A stretch of 60,078 nt of DNA, from positions 1 through 60,078 of the forward strand of contig JAMCWL010000071.1 in assembly GCA_023481285.1 (NCBI GenBank), read 5' to 3'. Position numbers and translations under genes: made by a program. Position 1 is the first letter of the stretch. The number at the start of each line of letters is the position of its first letter. Positions 1 to 7,500 of this stretch are shown piece after piece. The stretch comes from Actinomycetota bacterium. GTDB taxonomy: Bacteria; Actinomycetota; Aquicultoria; Aquicultorales; JAMCWL01. Under the pieces are notes generated by a model. The model did not search any database. It was given only the letters and a program-made list of their open reading frames with translations, and was not told the origin of the DNA.

Positions 1-363
1 CGCTCGCTCAAGGTCGTTCAGGAAGGGAGGGTTAAGAGACTGGCGCCCCTTGAAGCCCTTGATTGCTATACTAAGGAAGTCGCCCGGAATACCTTGCATC
101 CAATTAATTGAGCCGACGCGGAACCCGGGGCGATTCAGAGCATTGAAGTGCCGGCCTGTGTTACGGATATAGTCTTGTTCCGGCTTCATGAAGGAATCGA
201 CCCCATAATCCGATTCTGCCACAAGTGACGCCGGCTGGTTAGGATTATCAGGGGGTCCTTGCATGACCGTGCGGGCAACAGAATATGTATGATCTCGATG
301 GACCGATTTCCACCACCTGCCGTCCGGATCGACGGCGTTCGTCGGGTTGTCTTGAGCGTACAT
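1..363 (-). CDS. Orphan Rhs C-terminal toxin cassette 2 (3' end outside window)
   Basis: Not in the ORF track because it runs off the window. ATG at 363 follows AGGAAGA. Translates MYAQDNPTNAVDPDGRWWKSVHRDHTYSVART...GRHFNA, 67/75 aa identical to the Rhs core/tip junction (ungapped DNA match 140-365 vs 1984-2209), then diverges (LNRPGFRVGSINW...). Confidence 0.85.
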   Translation of the reverse strand, partial: MYAQDNPTNAVDPDGRWWKSVHRDHTYSVARTVMQGPPDNPNQPASLVAESDYGVDSFMKPEQDYIRNTGRHFNALNRPGFRVGSINWMQGIPGDFLSIAIKGFKGRQSLNPPFLNDLERA

Positions 364-371
364 ATTTCTTC

Positions 372-785
372 CTATGATTTCCTGGCAACCATATTCCTGC
401 TGATAATCCCGCCGATAAGACTACCTGCAGACGCTAAAAACACGATCGTCAGGAACAATATCAACTCTAATTGACGCCAGTTTGGCGCTGCGCCCGGTCC
501 TGCATAAGGCTGAATTGCTGATAGAAAGAGCAAGTAAATTATCCAAGCGTTGGCTAGGATTCCATAGTGGACTGTGGGTTTGCGCACAATAAGCCCGGCA
601 AGAAAACCGGCCATGAAAGGTGGAAGAAAATAAACTAGTATCCCTCCCAGCAAACCTGGACCTTTTTCAGCCCCATAAATAGTTATAAAAACACCAGCCC
701 CAACTAGCATAGCCGCATATGAAACTGCGTTTCCGGCGACCACGATGATGATTATGCGTCCAAGAATGCTCATGGTGTGTTTCAT
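372..785 (-). CDS. Putative membrane immunity protein, paralog 2 (about 4 TM)
   Basis: Follows an orphan toxin cassette. Shares PxFxAGFLAGxIVxKPxxHYGILANA and ASAGSLIGGIxxRxMxARKS with 1152-1562. Start moved to ATG 785 (AGGACAGG upstream). Confidence 0.75.
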   Translation of the reverse strand: MKHTMSILGRIIIIVVAGNAVSYAAMLVGAGVFITIYGAEKGPGLLGGILVYFLPPFMAGFLAGLIVRKPTVHYGILANAWIIYLLFLSAIQPYAGPGAAPNWRQLELILFLTIVFLASAGSLIGGIISRNMVARKS

Positions 786-814
786 ATCATCCTGTCCTTT
801 TTGAAGAGCATAGA

Positions 815-1150
815 TCACTGCCAGGTGAGATAGACATAAGCTTCTATCCAGTCATACGTAGCCATTATTGTTTCGCGTAGCGGTTCTTGATTTTGTGGTT
901 TGGTATCGTCGTCGGGTTTGACCGGCCAGAGCCCTGGAAAATGTTTTGAAAAAGGCCATTCCCAACCTTTCCCGCCGTGCGCATACAAATCCTGCAGGCT
1001 GTGAAGTCCTATCCCAAGACGATTTAAGCTTCTGAACTCCGCTTCCTTGGCAAGGTCGAGAGCCTTATTGCGAGTATCCGGTGAACTGGCGCTTACAGCA
1101 AGGGCGTAGGCTCTCTGAGCGAGTCCCGCGTAGTCGAGCGCCAATTTCAT
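815..1150 (-). CDS. Orphan toxin cassette 1 (C-terminal half of the Rhs tip only)
   Basis: MKLALDYAGLAQRAYALAV...LNRLGIGLHSLQDLYAHG...WPVKPDDDTK parallels the end of the main Rhs protein. 28-nt exact match 1114-1141 = 1889-1916. ATG at 1150 lies 1 nt after the immunity gene stop. Confidence 0.8.
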   Translation of the reverse strand: MKLALDYAGLAQRAYALAVSASSPDTRNKALDLAKEAEFRSLNRLGIGLHSLQDLYAHGGKGWEWPFSKHFPGLWPVKPDDDTKPQNQEPLRETIMATYDWIEAYVYLTWQ

Positions 1151-1151
1151 T

Positions 1152-1562
1152 TCATGATTTCCTGGCAAGCATATACCTGCCAACAATTCCTCCTATAAGA
1201 CTACCGGCAGAAGCTGGGATGATAACAACCAGCAAAAGGAACAAGTATTGTTTTGGCTCAAATCCAGGGCTTTGATAAGCTTGGATTCCTCCCAGAAGGA
1301 GCGAAGAGATTATGAAGGCGTTGGCTAGAATCCCATAGTGGATCGCGGGTTTTTGAACAATAAAGCCTGCTAAGAAGCCCGCTAAAAAAGTTGGTAAAAT
1401 ATACATTAGTATACCACCAAGCCAAGCTGGAACAGCTTCAAGCCCAAAGATCTTTGCGACAAGCGTGCCACCAATCATCATAAACACGTAGGAGGCAAGA
1501 TTGCCAAAAACCAAGACGGCTGCCACTTGCTCAAGAATGCTTTTGTCGTCTTTCATGTCCAT
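1152..1562 (-). CDS. Putative cognate immunity protein of the Rhs toxin (about 4 TM)
   Basis: Small hydrophobic ORF immediately downstream of the Rhs gene; paralog of 372-785. Confidence 0.75.
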   Translation of the reverse strand: MDMKDDKSILEQVAAVLVFGNLASYVFMMIGGTLVAKIFGLEAVPAWLGGILMYILPTFLAGFLAGFIVQKPAIHYGILANAFIISSLLLGGIQAYQSPGFEPKQYLFLLLVVIIPASAGSLIGGIVGRYMLARKS

Positions 1563-1589
1563 CCGATTCTCATTGACTGCTTGAGCAAA

Positions 1590-4500
1590 TCAGTCCCAGG
1601 CGCTGTAGACATACCACCATATCCAGTAACCCGTGTCTGCGTATGTTTTCATGAGGGCTTCCTGGTTTTGTTGTTTGGTGTCGTCGTCAGGATTGACGGG
1701 CCAACCATTATGGTGTTTGTCATAAAAAGGCGGAGCGCCTGTGCCGTGCGCGTACAAATCTTGAATGCTATGGAGGCCGATGCCGAGCCGATTCAAGCTT
1801 TCAAATTCCGCTTCTTGGGCAATGGCGCGAGCCTTATTGTAAATATCCTGGGAATACGGCTTGGCGTACACTGCAAGCGCATAAGCCTTCTGAGCGAGTC
1901 CCGCGTAGTCGAGCGCGAATTGGAACTCTTCGATCATGTGGCCAGCTTGAGACGGATTGCCGTACGAAGGCCATTCCCAAAACGCATTGAAGTGCCGGCC
2001 CGTGTTGCCGATATAATCTTGTTCCGGCTTCATGTTAAAGTCGACTCCGTAATCCGATTCAGCCACGAGCGACGCCGGCCAGTCAGGATTATCAGGAGGT
2101 CCCTGCATAACTGAGCGAGCAACATCAAATGTATGATCCCGATGGACCGATTTCCACCACCTACCGTCCGGGTCGACGGCGTTCGTCGGGTTGTCTTGAG
2201 CGTACATATACCGGTTGGTAGAGCGGACAGGGTCTTCGCTCAAGAACCTCTTGACCGTCGGCGAGTAGTATCTCGCTTTCAAGTAGTAGAGACCGATCTC
2301 CTTGTCATAGTAGTAGCCGGCGTAGCGGATTGGGTTGTCGGCTCCGGGAGTTGAAGTTGGCTCGCTCGTGACTTTGCCCCACGGATCATATGCGTACGTC
2401 CCCTGATCGAGACCGATCACGTCGCCATGGCCGTTGAGCTCATAGTAATAGGTGGCGCCATCCCTTGTCACCGAGAAGGGCCTCCCCAAATTATCCCAGG
2501 TGTAGACGGCGGTAATGACGCCGCTCGAATTGGTCTCTGAGACTAAGTTGCCTTTGTTGTCGTAGTGGAAGTAGATGGTAACACCGTTGACCTTTTTAGA
2601 CTTCCTCAGGCCGTTGTAGTAGTAAGTATATTCCGCAACTACGGTCCCTCCCCTCTCAACTTTGGTGAGCTGCCCATAGGCGTTGTATGTATATGTATTG
2701 GTTCCGTCGAAGGTCAGGTTGCCGTTGGCATCGTAGGTGAAGCCCGTGTTGGCCACCGTGTCCGTGCTTATCTGATTTGCGATGTCATAGGTAAATGATT
2801 GTGCGGTGGTCGTGCCTTCTTTAACCGAGAGAAGGTTCCCCATGATGTCATATGAATAAGTGGACGTCGTATCTCGCGACGGGTCATACCAGCTCATAAG
2901 CCTGTTGAGTTCGTTATAAGTAAATCTTTCGGTCTTACCGGTATCGGTCCTGAACACCGATGTTATGTTGCCGTTCTTGTCATAGCCGTAGGTTAATTGG
3001 TATGCTCCCGGTCGTCCACCGGTTCTGCTCTGCTGAATGATGCTTATAAGCCTTCCACCGGCGTCATAGTTGTATGCCTGGATAATACCGCCTTTCGCCA
3101 CCTGGATGAGGCGACCCGCCGAGTCATAAGCGTACGTATTCTGAGTGCCGCTGGGATCGGTTAGCGTCGAGACTTGACCGCGAACGTTGTAGGTCTTGTG
3201 CATCGCATACGTCTTGGTATCGCCGCTCGACGTTATCGACAGGTCATTTTCCGTCTCGCCGATGTAAGGCGTACGGCTTATCGTACCGCCCACGGTATCG
3301 GATATAGAGGTTGGTTGACCGACGCTGTTGTAGGTATACGAGTAGATTTTTGCAGTGTTATCGGCAGTATTTGATTCGGTAACGCTGTCCAAATACCCGG
3401 TTACGGTATTGTAGTTATACGCGAACACCATCGGGCCTGTGGAAGAGCTTCCCACCGTCAACCTGTTGAGCGAATCATATTTCTTGGTCAGCTGGTCGCC
3501 TCGAGGAAGTATTTCGGTAACCTGCTCACCCTGAGAAGTCGTGCTGTATTGGTAACGCCTTATCCTTTTGAGGGGATCCGTCACACTCTCGACATTGTTC
3601 GTCGGCGTCCACGTGTAATTGGTTGTATAGAGGTCGGCGGGATTGTAACGGACGAACACGTCTTTGACGCCATTCGTGTCGCCGGAAATCAGGTTGCTCG
3701 CGTCGGATGCGAATGCGACAACACTACCGTTTGAGCTGATCACGAGTTGATCGCTTGTACCGTTGCCTTGAAGGCCGCTATCAGAGACACTAATCCTTGT
3801 GGTGGTGTGGTTTAAGCGGTTGTAAACGAAAACATCCTGAGCATTGTTTGTATCACCTGGAACGAGGTTGCTGGCCATCGAACTGAAAGCTACCGAGACT
3901 CCATCCGCACTGATAAAGGGGTTGGTGCTGTTGTCGTTGCCCTGTTCGCCGGAGCTCGAGACGCTCACGCGCTCGGTAGTGTGATTCGTGCGGTCATGGA
4001 CAAAGACGTCCGATTTGTTGTTGGTATCCCCCGGAACTAGATTGCTTGCATTAGACTCAAACGCTACATAGCGCCCGTCGGCGCTAAACGACAGGCGATA
4101 GTTGCCGCTTTGCCCGTTTCCCTCTGCTCCTGAACTGGAGACGCTAACGCGCTCAATTGTGCGGTTCGTGCGATCGTAGACGAAGACGTCCTGCTGTCCG
4201 TTGGTATCGTTAGGAACGAGGTTATTCGCATAGGACTGGAATGCCACATAGCGCCCGTCCGCGCTGATCACAGGTTTTTCGCTCCAGTTATTTCCTTGAA
4301 CCCCCGAATTTGAGACGCTCACGCGCTCGATAGTGTGATTCGTACGGTCGTAGACAAAGACGTCCGAGCTATTGTTTGTGTCGTTCGGAACGAGGTTAGT
4401 CGCCCAGGAATTGAAGGCGACGTAGCGCCCGTCCGCACTGATGGAGGGGTGTCCACTTATCGTAATGCTATGTCCTGAGTCATATGCTTGTTCACCTGAA

Positions 4501-7500
4501 CTCGAGATATTGACGCGCTCGGTCGTTCCGGCAGCGCGGTCGCGGACGAAAATGTCCGGCGAGCCGTTAGTATCGTTGGGGACGAGGTTACTGAAGAACG
4601 AAACAAAGGCGACAAAGCGCCCATCATAGCTCACCGATGAGAGGTAACTGCCGTTATCGATACCGCCGGGATTGTCGCCTTGCGCTCCGGTGCTCGAGAC
4701 GCTGACGCGCTCGATCGTACCCGTTTGGCGATCATAGAGAAAGACGTCGTTCGTGTTGTTGGTGTCGTTTGGCACCAGATTGTTAGCAGCGGAGCTGAAT
4801 GATACGTAGCGACCGTCAGCGCTGATGGAAGGAGTGTATTCGCTTGCACCGTTTGCCTGCGCACCGGAACTCGAGACGCTCACCCGCGCTATATTACCAT
4901 AGACGGCATCGATGGCCGAGGCGGTGCGCGCATCCCTTACCTTTACGAGTCTCCCTAACCAATCGTAGTTATACCAGGAGGTATTGCCTTTGGCATCAGT
5001 AAACGATGTAAGGTTATCTTGCGAATTGTAAGCACGACGTGTAACATTCCCGCTAAAATCCGTGGTTGTAGTTTCGCGACCGAGACTGTCGTATTCGTGG
5101 AAAGCGGTATTTCCAAGCGGATCTATTTGGCTCGTTACTCGATCAAAGCTATCGTACGTGTATGAGGTAATCTCAGTGCGTGTAAGTTTGACGTTATCAA
5201 ACCAAGCGCTTCCGACGGCAGAATGCATCTGTGCGGATACATAAGCCCAACGAGCTCCATTCGGCGCTATCGTACGGACAATATAGCGCTTCCAGCCGGT
5301 ATCCCCAGACACCATGGCAGTTGCATAGGTGCCAAGATTATTGTCATTAGCATCCCGGTAGTTGATCTCAATTCGCACACCACCTTTATAGTATCTAGGA
5401 TAAGGAGGGGCTCCCTGAATTGCTCCTTGCCCCCAATAAACGTTGTCTCCAATCACGCTTTGCGTCTTGATGGAGCCCGATAGCGCCATATCTTCTCCTC
5501 CCGTTACGCCAATCTTGGCCGACGTGTAGGATGCGCTTCCTGAAGATTCGAGCGAGAGCTTTGCGGATTTAGCCCCGCTCCACATCTCGCTTGTGTCAAG
5601 CGAAGCTCCTGATGGGCTTGCGGTCCAGTAGTTAGTAGAACCCGAGGTTGCGCTTTCAAAGCTTGAATTCTCGACATAATCGAAGAGCGTTAAAGCGTAG
5701 TCCTCCCCGGAAATTATGGGCGATTCGAGCTGCACGCCGTCAAACCACACATCTCCGGTCGCATTCATTAATCGAAGCGCCACAACCGCAGTTACAGCGT
5801 TAGATGGCGCTGTAGCGATTACAGGCTGCGAGTAGTTGCCGGTGCCGGCCCATGCCAATGAATAAGCGGTCCCGGCGATGATGAGGTTATTGGATGAGTC
5901 ATAGAACTGGATACCGTAGTCGGCTCCACCGGTCCCTGAGGGTACGGTGACGTTACTTAACCGCATATTGGCGGAAAGAGTTAGCTTCTGATTTGGGCTG
6001 ACGCTTATTGCATTGTTGCTATTACTATAGTAATTTGTGCCAGCAACAGAAGCTGAGATCTTAACGCTATTTTGTCCGTAATTAGCAATGCCCGTGTCTA
6101 CCGAAAAAGTTGCGTTACCCGTGCTTGTCCAGCGATCAGCTACTCCGCCTGTCAACCTCTCAAAGCTCCCGTTCTCTACGAGATTAAAAGTAGGTGCGAC
6201 CGGATTGGTATTCGCCGTTACGTTTCCCCTATCATCATAGGTAGATGCATATGCATCCTTTGCGGGGGCACTCATATCTGAGAGCCGATTGGCCTCATTT
6301 TTGACATCTGTTAAGCTGGACGGTGGTTGCGTGGATTGTGCCGAGGACTGTGCCGAGAAGACAGTTCCTGTCGACCCCTTCGTAACCGTGCCATCTCCAT
6401 TAAAGATAAGTCTGATCGATGATCCATCCGGTCTGCGATAGCCGGCCAGATGGTTGCGGCCATCCCAGTAATATTCGGAAACGCTGCCAAAGGGATCGGT
6501 AACCTTGGTTACATCTCCGTGAAGGTTATAATTGTAGCGAGTTGATTGCCAAGACGCATCCGCAATTGTCAGGTAGCCCTGTCCCGCGGTAAAGACCGCA
6601 ATTTGCACGCCAAGCGCATCTTTTACATATTGAGCACTGCCATCGCCAGCCACCCCATATGTCGTGAGTTGCTGATCTCCAGCGCTCGCAAAGGTTCTAA
6701 TACCGCTTAGTAGGTTACTGTTGTCTGAATAAGTAAACGTGGTGGGATGGGCATCGCTATTTCGTACCGAGACAAGACGGTTTTGCGAGATCTCGTGGCT
6801 GAATTTCCCAAGCTCCGTCCCTGCCGTATCCGAATCATTCAGAGTCACATCGACCAGGCCGGTGGTATAGGCAAAGTTTAGGCTCCTACCTGAAGGATAG
6901 GTGATCTTAGAGATTTTCCCCTGATCATACGAATAGTTTGTTGTATTGCTGCTTGAGCCAATGACTTTTATGGGATTGCCCTGCGTACTGAAGGTAACCG
7001 TTGAGCTATCAGACCTGGTCCACTCGTACGTTCCGTCAGCCTTCTTGATAATATCCTCGTCGAGACCGGCTGGACGTGCGTAGGAGCCGTCCGGTTTTTT
7101 ACCATAGTAGAACCGGGTACCCGTGGCCTCCGTTAACACCAAAGTGCCGTCAGCCCGTGAAATGTCAAGTGTGGGTATGCCAAATCGCCATCCGCCACCA
7201 ACCGGAGCGATGGAAGAAGCGGTTGTGGAGTCAACTGAGTTGTAGTAGAGAGATAGCTCGATGGCCGCTCCTTTAACATCGGGAACCTTAAACTCATCCT
7301 TTGAGACGATCAGATTACGGTTGGCTACGTTGACGCTAGCACGGTAGCGATCTCCGAGACCATAACTCCAATACTCCCAGTAGGGCTGGATGCCGAGCAT
7401 CGGCGTCGACTCCACCGTAAAGGTGGATTCCGTCGATTGGCGCACGTTTCCGGCCTTGTCGAAGGCTTTGACGTACCAGCTGTGGGCTCCATCTGTAAGG

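Noticed and set aside
140..2209. Diversity-generating retroelement TR/VR pair
   Set aside because: Differences include synonymous C/T changes rather than being adenine-specific, and no reverse transcriptase is present in the window.
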